Assembly (NCBI RefSeq): GCF_006345805.1
Contig: NC_043010.1
Location: forward strand, 49,662,001-49,726,000
Reading direction: 5' to 3'
Length of the DNA: 64,000 nt
Source of the DNA: Octopus sinensis
Taxonomy: Eukaryota
Part shown: piece after piece, positions 13,230 through 25,569 of the stretch
How positions within the stretch are numbered: position 1 is the stretch's first letter
How the letters are laid out: each line of letters opens with the position of its first letter
The notes under the pieces: model-generated
The model's database searches: none
What the model was told of the DNA's origin: nothing
The model's input: the letters and a program-made list of their open reading frames with translations, nothing else
Made by a program: the position numbers and the translations under genes

Positions 13230-13838
13230 TCATTTTCGTTACATAAGTCCCCTCTCAGCTTCTATTTAGTTCTTTTAATATCTTTTACCTTATAATAAAG
13301 TCCATACTCTCCCTCTCTTTATATTTCCCTCTTTACTTTTTTCCCCTATCTTTCTATCCTTTTTTTTTTCTTCTCTCCTGCTGCTTCCTCTTTATCAATA
13401 CTTCTCTCTCTCCTCCCTCCTCCCATCTAATATTTCTCGTTCTCCTTTCTGTTTCATCTTTCTTTCCACTTGTCTATTTTACAATCTTCCTTTTATGTCT
13501 AAATCCGTATTTTACCTCTTTCTCTCCTTACAGCCGTCTTTTCACCTCTCCGTCGTAGATCTTTCTATTTCCTTACATCTCTCCCATTCTCTCTCTCTCT
13601 CTCTTTCATGCTTCGTGTCCTTTTTATTCGCACCGTTTTTATATGTTTCTTCGTTTCCATTTTTTTTCTATCACCATCACTTATTTATTTATTACTCTGT
13701 TCTCTGTATATACTTATTATCTCACCACGTCTCCATGTATGTATATATTTTTCTTTTCTTGTGATAAATTTTCCTCTCTTTTCGTCTTTCTCTATCGCAG
13801 CATATTTGTTTATTTCTCTTTTCTCTCTCACTTTGTCA

Positions 13839-13872
<34 letters not shown>

Positions 13873-14000
13873 ATCTCTCCCCACTTTCACTCCCTCTCTC
13901 TCTGTCTCGTGCCTGTCTTTCTCTCTTTTTCTCTCTCTATCGTATCCTACATCTTTTCCTTTTCTTTACCTCACCAGCTTCTTACATGTAATCTTAGTCA
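13230..14000. repeat. CT-rich polypyrimidine low-complexity tract
   Basis: Direct composition. Confidence 0.85.
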
Positions 14001-14422
14001 CGTATTGATTATCTCCCTTGGTCCATATACCACAGAACTTCCTTGTGATTTTAAAACCAGACGAGAGATTACTATATATTATGTTGATAATTAGAGGACA
14101 ATGGGTAGCAGAACCTGCAGTACGTCGGACAAAATACCATGCCGTACTCAGTTATGCCCCTTTACACTCTGCTTTCCGATTTCAAGGTTGACTTTTTATC
14201 CTCAGAATCGATAAAACAAGTACCAGTAATAACCTTACAAGTGATAATTTAGATTAGTAAATAATGGACACTAGCACTTTCTTACAATTATACTACAATA
14301 CAGAATATTAGTATTTATGTCTGAAAACTAAAATTAATTTCACCCGACAAATTTACATCCAAGTGTAAATTTGTGGCTTTTTGACAATGTAGAATAAATT
14401 CTGTATTTTCTATTTATAATTA

Positions 14423-14464
<42 letters not shown>

Positions 14465-14465
<1 letters not shown>

Positions 14466-14640
14466 TCTTCGCCTGTCACTACGTTCTGAGTTCAAATACC
14501 GCCAAGGTCGACTTTGTCTTTCATCCTTTCGGGGTCGATAAAATAAGTACACGTTGAACACTGGGGTTGATATAATCGACTTATCCCCTCCCCCAAACCT
14601 GCTGGCCTTGTGCCAAAATTCAAAACCATTATTATTATTA

Positions 14641-14671
<31 letters not shown>

Positions 14672-14832
14672 TCTTCGCCTGTCACTACGTTCTGAGTTCA
14701 AATACCGCCAAGGTCGACTTTGTCTTTCATCCTTTCGGGGTCGATAAAATAGGTACACGTTGAACACTGGGGTTGATATAATCGACTTATCCCCTCCCCC
14801 AAACCTGCTGGCCTTGTGCCAAAATTCAAAAC

Positions 14833-14833
<1 letters not shown>
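14465..14833 (+). repeat. Tandem duplicate of a 163-bp family-B SINE fragment between (TTA)n arrays
   Basis: 14465-14627 and 14671-14833 differ at one base (ataagtac vs ataggtac). Confidence 0.95.
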
Positions 14834-14874
<41 letters not shown>

Positions 14875-14891
14875 CATTATTATTATTATTA

Positions 14892-16376
14892 TTTATCTTA
14901 GTGTTATTTGGGTTCACCATGTGTTATTGAAAAATACTTTTGTGCACTATGAATTATATCAGCTCTTTTGTTTTCTTTCTGAAACTAAAATGCATTTGAT
15001 AAATTTCCTCACACGCATAGAACTATATTCACCCAAACTCACACATACATCAGTGCACACTCACATTGGCACATGTACTTATACACACCAGCACATACAA
15101 GTGCATACACATACACAAGCACATACACTAAGACAAGCTCATACATTTACAGGTGCCTATAATTACACATACATTAACATATCAATGCATACACTTACAT
15201 ACACACCCTAGTGCACATCACAAACACACTTTGTGCACACACTTATTAGCACACACATTCAATCATAAATATTGATTTCAAATTTTGGCACAAAATTTTA
15301 GGGGAGTGGGCAAGTCGATTATATCGACCTCAGTACTCAACTGGTACTTGTATTATCGATCCTGAAGGGCAGAGTTTGAACTCAGAACATGGAAAAGGAC
15401 AAAATACTGCTAAGCATTTTTGCCTGGCATGCTAATGATTCTTATTTCTTTATTGCCCGCAAGGGGCTAAACACAGAGGGGACAAACAAGGACAGACAAA
15501 GGGATTGAGTCGATTACGACCCAAGTGCGTAACTGGTACTTTATTTATCGACCCTGAAAGGATGAAAAGCAATGTCAACGTCGGTGGAATTTGAACTCAG
15601 AACGTAGCGGCAGATGAAATACCTATTTCTTTACTACCCACAAGGGGCTAAACACAGAGGGGACAAACAAGGACAGACAAACGGATTAAGTCAATTATAT
15701 CGACTCCAGTGCGTAACTGGTAGTTAATTTATCGACCCCGAAAGGATGAAAGGCAAAGTTGACCTTGGCGGAATTTGAACTCAGAACGTAGCGGCTGACG
15801 AAATATCACTAAGCATTTCACACGGCATGCTAACGTTTCTGCCAGCTCGCCACCTGACATGCTAGCGATTCTCTCAGCTTCTTACCTTCACTCCAAAACA
15901 AGTATTAACACATGCTTACACTCACTCACACACATACTTAGAATATACACTTATACTTAAAACACAATGCATAATCACACTTCAGAAAAGCACACAAACT
16001 CAAATTACACAAAGTCAACCCTCCATTCAAAATCAAAACACGGAAGTACACACTCACGCTAAACACCCAAACCTACACTTACACTCACCAAACTCAAACT
16101 CGCACACTTACAATCATAATAACTGTTCTCAATTGTACATCAGTGTTTACATTGTTTTAAACTAAATGGTTATTGGTCAGAATTGCCAACCATGAGTATA
16201 TTATTTATCTTCATATGGGTTCACCATGTGCTTTTGAAAGATTTTTGTGCACTACTACTTAAATCAGGTCTTTTTTTTTCTGAAACTAAAATGCATTTAA
16301 TAAATTTCCTCACACGCATAGAAACATATTCACCCAGACTCACACATACATCAGTGCACACTCACATTAGCACATG
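14892..16376 (+). repeat. Local direct duplication (~180 bp): 14892-15075 and 16203-16376
   Basis: Shared gggttcaccatgtg...ctgaaactaaaatgcattt...cctcacacgcataga...catacatcagtgcacactcacatt. Confidence 0.85.
15270..15855 (-). mobile_element. Nested cluster of three family-B SINEs
   Basis: Repeated aaggggctaaacacagaggggacaaacaaggacagacaaa...gaatttgaactcagaacgtagcgg. Confidence 0.85.
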
Positions 16377-16862
16377 CATTGAACAACCAGACTTATTGAA
16401 TTAGCATTTAAGTGGTTGATTATTCTGCAGATACAAAGGTGGTGAGCTGTCAGAATCGTTAGTACACCAAGTGAAATCCTTTGTGGCATTTCGTCCATCC
16501 ATACATTCTGAGTTCAGATTCTGCTGAGGTCAACGTTGCCTTTCATCCTTTCAAGGTCAATAAAATAAGTATCAGTTGAGCACTGGGGTTAGTGTATTTA
16601 GTTTAACTACTCCTGGGTATGAGTATAAAACACTGCATCCCTCTGCCAAGCTAACGTGACAGAGCCTGCTCTGTCATACTGGTTTTGATAGAGCAGGCTC
16701 ATCAAAACCAGTATGATTTCAAGTTCAAATTCATGGCCTCCACATCAGCTTGTGGTTGGTGAAGAGGGCATGCTGAGACCATTGTCCTGCAGTGGACTGA
16801 ATATGGGCAATTTGAAATCAATATTATAATATAATGAAATGTCATTATGCATTTTGGTTGAT

Positions 16863-17724
16863 GTGCTAACGATTCTGCCAGCTCACTACCTTTATTGCCA
16901 ATAGCAAAAATGCATCTAAAGTCCTTGTTTTCAAAAATGTGATTGTGTTCCCTAAGGCAATTTCTTATATTAACATAAAGTCACAAAGAACAGATTTAAT
17001 GCACCGAATTTGCTTCTGGTATCCTTCCTGTTTCCCTCTCAAGAAATAAAAGCAAAATTCAGCCTTTGTATTTGAGTTTGTCAGGTAAAAGGACATACCT
17101 AAATATTGAAAATCATTTAGGTCAGCACCTTAAAGGTTCTGCTAATCCACCAACTTTGACAATGCTCTTAATTATAATAATATTGATTTCAAATTTTGGC
17201 ACAAGGCCAGCAACTCAGGTGGGGTGGGGTGGAGTGCAAGTTGATTACATCAACTCCAGTGTTTGCCTGGTGCTTATGTTATCAACCCTAAAAAGATGGA
17301 AGGCAAAGTCAACCTCAGTGGAATTTGAACTCAGAACATAAAGTTGGACAAAATGCTACTAAGTATTTTGCCAGACGTGCTAATGATTCTGCCAGCTCAC
17401 TGCCTTTATTGTTAATAATAATTGCACAAATGAGTCTAAAGTCCTTTTTTTTTTTTCAAAAATGTGTTTGTGTTCATTTCAGCAGTTTCACATATTGACA
17501 TAAAGTCACAAAGAACAGACTTAATGCACAGAATTTGCTTCTGGTATCTTTTTTCGTTGCTCTTTCCTGTTTCCCTCTCAAGAAATGAAGACAAAATCAG
17601 CCTTTTGTTTTTGATTTTGTCATGTAAAAGGACATATCTAAATTTTGAAAATCATTTAGGTCAGCACCTTTACAGGTTCTGCTAATCCACCAACTCCGAC
17701 AACATTCATAATTATAATAATATT
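16863..17724 (+). repeat. Diverged tandem duplication (~330 bp): 16863-17184 and 17377-17724, with a family-B SINE between
   Basis: Shared cataaagtcacaaagaacaga, gaatttgcttctggtatc and aaaatcatttaggtcagcacctt...ggttctgctaatccaccaact. Confidence 0.85.
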
Positions 17725-18469
17725 AAGTCAGTTAATTTTCTTGCCTGCATCAAGCCAAATCACTAATGTGCAGTCATGATTACTTGATTAAGGTTCTGAA
17801 CGAAATGATGTCATGGTTACTTGTCTGCCTTTCAATTTGTCTTCCAAAGTGGAGAATAGAATAAAATAGAATAAAATAAAATAAAAAGACATTGAATAAG
17901 ATTAGCCAAGAATTGCTCAAATTGATCATATCAGCTGGGTTGAATTTGTGATTTCTCTTTACTTCTATTTCATTGCCACTTTTTTTTTTTCGTGTGTGTG
18001 TATTTTAGGTGGCTTCAGTGAGTCAACATGCACAGCTTTGATTTTTATCTTGGTCTACAATTACAGATCGTTAGTATTCGTTAAATTTTTGTCTAGTGCT
18101 AGTTCTGTTTGCAGAAGACAGTAACCGTACACCTACTTCTTAGTTGATTGAAGTATAATAAATTCTGGTGAAGTAGCATATGGGAGCCTACATACAACCA
18201 ACCAGCTAGGGAAATTGGTTCTCATGAACAGAACTGGTCACTCATTAAATATCAGAGAAAAGAAATGTAAAATAATGAATGCTAATAAAATTTTGGTTTA
18301 ATAAATAAAATCTTGTGTGTCATAACCAGATGTTATCTATTAGGCTTTTCTATGTGGGTTAAAAGTACATGAACATAATTTGATATGCACATGTAATAGA
18401 TGAATGAGTCGTTTTATGTTAATTCCAGATTGGTTCCTGCTTTTACATGGTTTGTGTTTGTGTATTTGA

Positions 18470-18725
18470 GTGTGTATGTGTGTGTGGGTGTGTAAATCTT
18501 CATTAATAACACATCCTAGAATTATAGAATCACAATCAGTTGTGTTTGCACATGTGTGTGTGTTTGTGTGTGCATACACATCTGTCTGTGTGTGTGTGTT
18601 TGTGCATGCGCATGTATGTGTATGTGTTAGTGCATGCATATGTGTGTGTGTTTGTGCATGCATGCATGTGTGTGTGTGTTTGTGCATGCACATGTGTGTG
18701 TGTGTTTGTGCATGCACATGTGTGT
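18470..18725. repeat. (TG)n/TGCA minisatellite with a ~20-22 bp unit
   Basis: Repeats of tgtgtgtgtgtttgtgcatgca. Confidence 0.9.
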
Positions 18726-20576
18726 CTTCCCAGTAGTATTTTTTCAAGCTGTTGCAAAAGATAGATTTGTTGTCTAAAAACTGTTCAGTATGATCCATTT
18801 TCTTTCATCATGTGAGTACCATATCTAAACGTTTCCCAGTGACCATGGAAATAAAGCCATATGCATTTCTTTCAGAGATTTTGTATGTGTGCTTTTAGAA
18901 GATACATCCAGAGGTAGCTGCTATTGGTTTATGCTGTAAATCTAGTCAGAACTGACCAGTGCTACATAACTTGCACACAAAGATTGAAAGCTTTAACTAA
19001 AACTGCCCTCTTGTTGATTTATGGTTTCAAATTTGGGCATAAGATAAACAATTTTAGTAGAGTGGTTAAGTAAATTACATCTACCTCAGTTCCCAGCATT
19101 TAATTGATACTCATTTTACCAACCCCAAAAAGACGAAAAGCATGGCAGAATTTGAACTCCCATGCAAAGCGCTGGAAGAAGTGCTGGTAAACATTTTATC
19201 ATTCCTGCTAACAATTCTATCAGCTTGTCATCTTTACATAGTAATTGTGATTTTGCCACAAGACCAGTTATTTTAGGGGTAGTGAGTTAGTTGATTCCAT
19301 TGATCCCAATATTTGACTAGTACTTTAATTTATCAACTCTAAAAAGATGAAAAGCAAAGCCAACCTCATTGGGGCTTGAACTTAGAACATAAAGTGTGGG
19401 AAGAAATGTTGGTGCCATGCTTGGCATGTGATCTAAAATTTAAAGGAAGATTACTTTTGGTTACTTTTTAGTTTACTTTGTGTGAGTGCTACTTTCATTG
19501 TTATCTACGTGAGCAAATTTATTTTGGTGGGTGATCTATGCGCTTATTTTAAGTATTATATGGCTTTCTTATTATTAAAATAGTAAGAATTTTGAAAAGA
19601 TACATTTCCAACACTAATATGTACAAAATAATTTTAAAAGTAACCTAAAGTTATCTCCCTTGTAGATCCCATGCCAAAGTAGCACTGAAATGTCACTAAG
19701 CATTTTGTTCAATGTGCGTTCACCAATTTCCCCTCTTACTAATTTATAAAACTAAAAGTTATCTGTGGTTTGTTTACTCAGCTTAGATGGTGAAATCAGG
19801 TTTGTTGGATGGACATATGTCATATACCTTATGATACATACATTTAGTCTGAATGATAGGATATCTGTAAAAGAGACTGAGAGACAAAGCTGGTCACATT
19901 GCCAGCGATTGGAAGGAAATATTTTGCATACGATTATAAAGCATACAGATTTGCTGCTGAATGTAGAACACAGTAGATGGGAGAACTGGATATAAATGAC
20001 CAAAAAATATCTATACCTGACTAATGCTTGACGTATTGGAGTTGACAGTAAGCTTGGAATGATTATAAGCTTGAAAGATGTAAGTACAAAGCAACAACAA
20101 TTCAATTCACAGTCCTTCATTATATACTTGTTGTTGCCTTGGTATGAACTTTCATCGTAGAATAGGTCTGTTTAGCCACTCAACTAATTCAATGTGGCCA
20201 CTCAACAAGAGAAATGGGTAATAGAAACTCCTTATATCTGTTAGGTAATTTCAAAGTAGCTGTTTATGGTTCCTTGTTCAGGGGCATGACATTGCTGTTT
20301 ACAATAGGAATTGAACTATTGACTGTGAGATCACTTGATATCTTCACCTCAAAGTCATTCTACATCTGTGCATGCATGGCTGTGTGGTTAAAGAGTTCAT
20401 TTCTCAGTCACATGATTCTGGGTTCTGCAAACCACCATCTGTCATGTGCATGTATTGTTTTCTATCAGGTTAACCAGAATGAAATTGAACTGCATGTAAG
20501 TGCATCATGTGTGTGTGTGGTGTGTGTGTGTGTGGTTTGATGTGGATAACAAAAGAATTGATACATTGAATGAAAA

Positions 20577-20742
20577 TAGGCATGACTGTGTGGTAAGAAG
20601 TTTGCTTCCCACCACATGGTCCTGGCTTTAGTCCCACCATGTGGCACCTTACGCAAGTGTCTTCTACTATAACCTTGGGCTAACCAAAGTCATGTGAGTG
20701 GATTTGCTAGAAGGAAACTGAAAGAAACCCATCACATATATA

Positions 20743-20784
<42 letters not shown>

Positions 20785-20790
20785 TGTATG

Positions 20791-20829
<39 letters not shown>

Positions 20830-21010
20830 CTGTCTGTGTTTTCCCCAATCGCCACTTGACTAATGGTGTTGGTTTGTTTACATCCCCATAACCTAGCTGT
20901 TCAGCAGAAGAGACTGACAGAATAAGTACCAGGCTTAAAACTCTTCAATGCAGTGCCCCAGCATGGCTGCAGTTTAACGACTGAAGCGAGTAAAAGATAA
21001 AAGCAAAAGA
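20577..21010 (+). mobile_element. Family-A tRNA-derived SINE (CORE-like central domain)
   Basis: A/B-box-like head, gcaccttgggcaagtgtcttc-type core, internal microsatellite and ...gagtaaaag tail. Confidence 0.8.
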
Positions 21011-21660
21011 TATGATATTTCAGTTTTATGTTGCTTGTTGTCTTTACATTTCATCCTCCTTTTCACATTGATAAAACAAGAACCAGATACTAATGCTGAG
21101 TCGATATAATTGGTTACAAACTCTTGAAATGTTACTCCAGCTTGGCCACGGTCCAATAACTGAAACCAATAACGGAATAAGAGATGCAGACATAGACATG
21201 CTCATTCACATATGTTCCAATATACATACACACACACAAAGAAAGAAAAATGGATATCTAATTATAGCAATGCATTAAATTAATAATTCCAAATTACAAA
21301 ATTATCTTATTGAATTATTTGTTGTTATTTTGTAGCACTGTTCTCCACATAATTCTTATATAAGTGGGAGAGAGCTTCTGTATGGTTGGTCTGCATGCTA
21401 GAAATCACAGTCTAATATCCCTCAAATTACATGTTGCTCATCATCATCATCGTTTAACATCCAGTTTCCATGCTGGCATGGGTTGGACAGTTTGACATGG
21501 AGCTGGCTAACAGGGGAGTTGTCCCAACCTCAGCTGCCTATTTCTACAGCTGGATGCCTTTCCTAATGCCAACCACTGAACAGAGTGTGCTGGGTGTGTT
21601 AATGCATCACTGGCTTGGGTGCTTTTTAAGTGGCACCGGCACCTGAAAGGAAATTTTTTT

Positions 21661-22066
21661 TCTTTTATTTTCTTTTACTTGTTTCAGTCATTTGACTGTG
21701 GCCATGCTGCAGCACCGCCTTTAGTCGAGCAAATCGACCCCAGGACTTATTCTTTATAAGCCTAGTACTTATTCTATCAACCTCTTTTGCTGAACTGCTA
21801 AGTTACAGGGACGTAAACACACCAGCATCGGTTGTCAAGCGATGTTGGGGGACAAACACAGATATACAAACACACACACACACACACATATATACATATA
21901 TTCGACGGGCTTCTTTCAGTTTCCGTCTACCAAATCCACTCACAAGGCTTTGGTCAGCCCGAGGCTATAGTAGAAGACACTTGCCCAAAGTGTCACGCAG
22001 TGGGACTGAACCCGGAACCATGTGGTTGGTAAGCAAGCTACTTACCACAGAGCCACTCCTGTGCCT
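21661..22066 (-). mobile_element. Family-A SINE, young (CpGs retained)
   Basis: Full-length reverse copy, highly similar to 28411-28808, 33628-34022, 45664-46057 and 58086-58454. Confidence 0.9.
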
Positions 22067-22491
22067 GTAGCCACTGTACGTGTGGAAGACATGGAGATGA
22101 TACACTGAATAGGAACCAGGCTTAAAACTCTTCAGTGTGGTGTTCCAGCATGGCTGCAGTTTAATGACTGAAATGAGTAAAAGATAAAAGTAAAAGATAT
22201 GATATTTCAGTTTATGTTGCTTGTTGTCATTGCATCCATAACTGAACCACTTTGATCATAGGGATGACCTGGGGTTAAATAGCAAAATCACATCTTTGGA
22301 GATTATTTCACAAATAACTAAGGTTGGTTTACTTCTTTATCTTTAGAGGAATATATGGAATTAATTCTTTGAAAATTATCTTTTTTACTTTCTTTTTATG
22401 GCTTTTAAACATCTTCCATGCTGCAATTGTTTTCATTCCAGCACATGATCTAAGATGAGGTCACTTTCTATGCAAGTACATCTCTGTAGTT

Positions 22492-22875
22492 TCTTTTTAT
22501 TCTTTTACTTGTTTCAGTCATTGGATTGTGACCATGCTGGGGCACTGCTTTGACAGGGGTTTGTTAGTCAAATGAATTGACCGCAGTACTTATTTTTTTA
22601 AGATCCCATACTTATTCTATCAGCCTTTTTTGCCAAAATGCTAAAGTTATGGGAATGTAAACTAGTTATGAAGTAGTGATGGTGGACAAACATAAATACA
22701 CACACACATGCACACACACACACACACTTATACACGTGATAAGCTTCCACACATTTTCTACCTGCTAAATCCACTCACAAGGCCAGCGACACTTACCCGA
22801 GATGCTATATACAGTGAGACTGAAGCCATGTGCTTGGGAAGCAAAACTTCTTACCATACAACTATACCTGCACCT
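22492..22875 (-). mobile_element. Family-A SINE, older
   Basis: Same architecture, more diverged. Confidence 0.75.
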
Positions 22876-23261
22876 AAATAATAAAATTCGTCTTTGGAAA
22901 TTAATTCACAAATACAAAATTTCAATTAACTTTTTTCCTTTTTTTTTTTTCTGTTATTTTGTAAGAATATGTAAAATTAATTCTTCGAAAAAAATCATCT
23001 TTATCACTTTAGTATTTTTTTCATTCTTTTTTTATTTTTTTCATTCATTCTAACAATAAATAAGATGATTCATTGGTAGGAATCTGTATCTATCTGACCT
23101 TATAATTTATTTAATAATAAGCTGAATTAGCTCTATGATTTCCTTTTGGTTAACATTTTGCCTTTTCAGATCAAAAGGTACCTTGACTGCACATTGCAAA
23201 CACTAATCATCTCTACATTCTGGTAACTGGAGGAGAAAGAAAAAAAAAGAGAGGGCTTTGC

Positions 23262-23300
<39 letters not shown>

Positions 23301-23349
23301 ATAGATTAGATGGATCCATTGCAAGATAAACTAATCAGTGAGAATTCAA

Positions 23350-23800
23350 GAAATGCAAGGATATTCATTTTTGAGAGGACTTTAATGGAGTTTCCCAGAG
23401 ATTAGAAAATTCAGTTGTATAGGAAACATGCAAAAACTATTAACAGCAGGGAGTGGTAATCAATGCTGGTAGGCAAGCATATTGTAGTGACATATATTGT
23501 CATGACAGGAAGAACCTTCTGAAGTTTCTATCTATATTGTTAATAAAAGTCTTTCTTTGGCTTTCATGTGTATGAAAGCTTTGAGCTGCATGGTATTGAA
23601 ATAGGAGCAATAAGAGTTGGGTACCTGTTAGGTATGGAGAGAGAGAGAGAGAGAAAGGTTAAGTTAATATGATTAACTCTGACTGGAAGGTGGCAAAATG
23701 CTGTCTATAATGGAGTGGGAAACGGAGTTAAAAAGAGAGAAAAGATTCTTCTATGGCAGTATGGATATCCGATGTGCTCAAATGAGCAAACACATATTAT
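23350..23800 (-). mobile_element. Degraded CR1/L2-group LINE 3' fragment
   Basis: Minus strand tttcctatacaact...aatctctgggaaactcc resembles the FFPRTSKLWNSLP motif. Confidence 0.5.
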
Positions 23801-23894
23801 GATGAGTACCGGTGGTAACAAGATGGATAGGCAAGTTTCATAATCTCAAATGTAGCAGCATTTTTTTCTTCTTTTTTTTTTTTTTACTTCTACT

Positions 23895-24060
23895 TCATCA
23901 TCATCATCGTCGTTTAACGTCTGTTTTCCATGCTAGCATGGGTTGGACGGTTCGACCGGGATCTGGGAAGCCAGGAGGCTACACCAGGCTCCAGTCTGAT
24001 CTGGCAGTGTTTCTACAGCTGGATGCCCTTCCTAATGCCAACCACTCCGTGAGTGTAGTT
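23895..24060 (-). mobile_element. RTE 3' end (family C), young
   Basis: (CAT)n-cgtttaacgtc...gcatgggttggacgg...ggatgcccttcctaatgccaacc. Further copies at ~21438, 26946, 30650, 34890, 37998 and 50540 in the same orientation, and ~57515-57710 in the opposite orientation. Confidence 0.85.
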
Positions 24061-25537
24061 TCAGTTATTTGGCTGTGGCCATGCTGGGGCACCACCTTGG
24101 AGAATTTTCAGTCAAATGAATCAACTCCGGTACTTATTTTCCCTTAAGCTTGGTACTTAGTCTATTGGTCTCTTTTTGTAGAAATGCTAGTTTATGGGGA
24201 TGTAAACACATCAACACCTGTTGTTAAGCAACGGTGGAGGACAAACACTCACAAGGGGAACCAGAAGGGAAGGGAAAAAAAAAGATTATTTTTTTTTTTT
24301 TTTGTAACAAATATCATCTGTTGAGTAATCCTGATATAGCCATTTGTCACTTGGGATTTATTTTGAGGGATTTTACACTTGCTTCCAATTCTCGTTAAAA
24401 AAATATCAAAATCCCTGTGTGTGTGTATGTGTGTGTGTGCGTGCACATGTGTGTGTGAAAGATGCTGGCTTTTGATGTTTTGGTTGATCTTTTAAATGCT
24501 CTAGGAAAGTTTTTCTCGTGATGGGAGGTATCATGTTTTTCTCGTTTCAAAGTTTTTATATTTACTTCAAGATTTTATTTATTTATTTATTTATTTGCTT
24601 GTTTGTTTATTTTTGGCCCGGTGTCGGCACCCCCGCCACCACCACCCACCCCACCTCCCTTGAAAAATATCTAATATCGAAGAAGTCTTCTCATGTATGT
24701 ATGGTAAATGTCAAATAATTTATGGTGCTCGTTTGGAATTGGCTCTCCATTTAAAAACAAAAATATAAGCCATTCAGCGGGTATGTACGAGGGGTGGAGG
24801 CCTTTATTTTATTTTATTTTATTTATTTTATTTTTTTTCTCTCTCTCACTCTCTCTCAACACCTATCTTATTTCACTGCGGCTTTGAATTTGTTCATGCA
24901 CATATCAACAAACTAGTTTCAGAAAATGTTAATTTATTTAATCTTTCTCTCTCCCCACCCACTTCTACTTGCACACTGACAACCATCTGCTATTCCTGCT
25001 TTCAATTATTTTAGCAACAGTTAAGTATTTAGTTGTTGGCAGGGTTACTATTGTGCAATATTTGCTGATATTAGTCATAGTCAAGAGTCTTAAGTAAACT
25101 CACACTGTAGACACTTAAAAGAGCCACAGCAGGGCACTTTTTACTGGCCTAATTGTTTGACAGATATAGGGCACTCTTACAAAAAGGATTAATACTTTGA
25201 ATAGAGCAGGTATGTAAGTGCATAGGTCATATGAAGGACAACGGCTGTTTGCTTTTTTTTTTATATATATATAAAATCTTTTTCTTATTATTTTATTTTG
25301 CTTGGTGTGATTATTTCAGGTAAGTGGTTTCATTAGTTTTTTTTTTTTTTTTTTTGTTCCTCCCCTCTATTTTCAAACTTAACCACAACGTTATAATTAT
25401 TTTCGCTTTTGGTTTTATGATTTTGTTACTATTTAGGCCTTGGGGGTATTTTACTTTTTGTCTGAAAACCTCATTCTTTTCAGCGTTTTCATGTACATTT
25501 CAATAGCGTATAGATGTATGTGCATGTGTGTGTGTGC

Positions 25538-25569
<32 letters not shown>

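Noticed and set aside
516-14008. Numerous 60-150 aa ORFs rich in S/L/F, IY or HT
   Set aside because: They are translations of CT-rich tracts and dinucleotide microsatellites.
14465-15855. Regularly repeated ~160-200 bp units suggesting a CRISPR-like array
   Set aside because: These are SINE copies separated by microsatellites, with no unique spacers, in a eukaryotic context.
23170-23177. Possible 8-nt microexon (ttttcag|ATCAAAAG|gtacct)
   Set aside because: Frame-breaking, with a weak donor.
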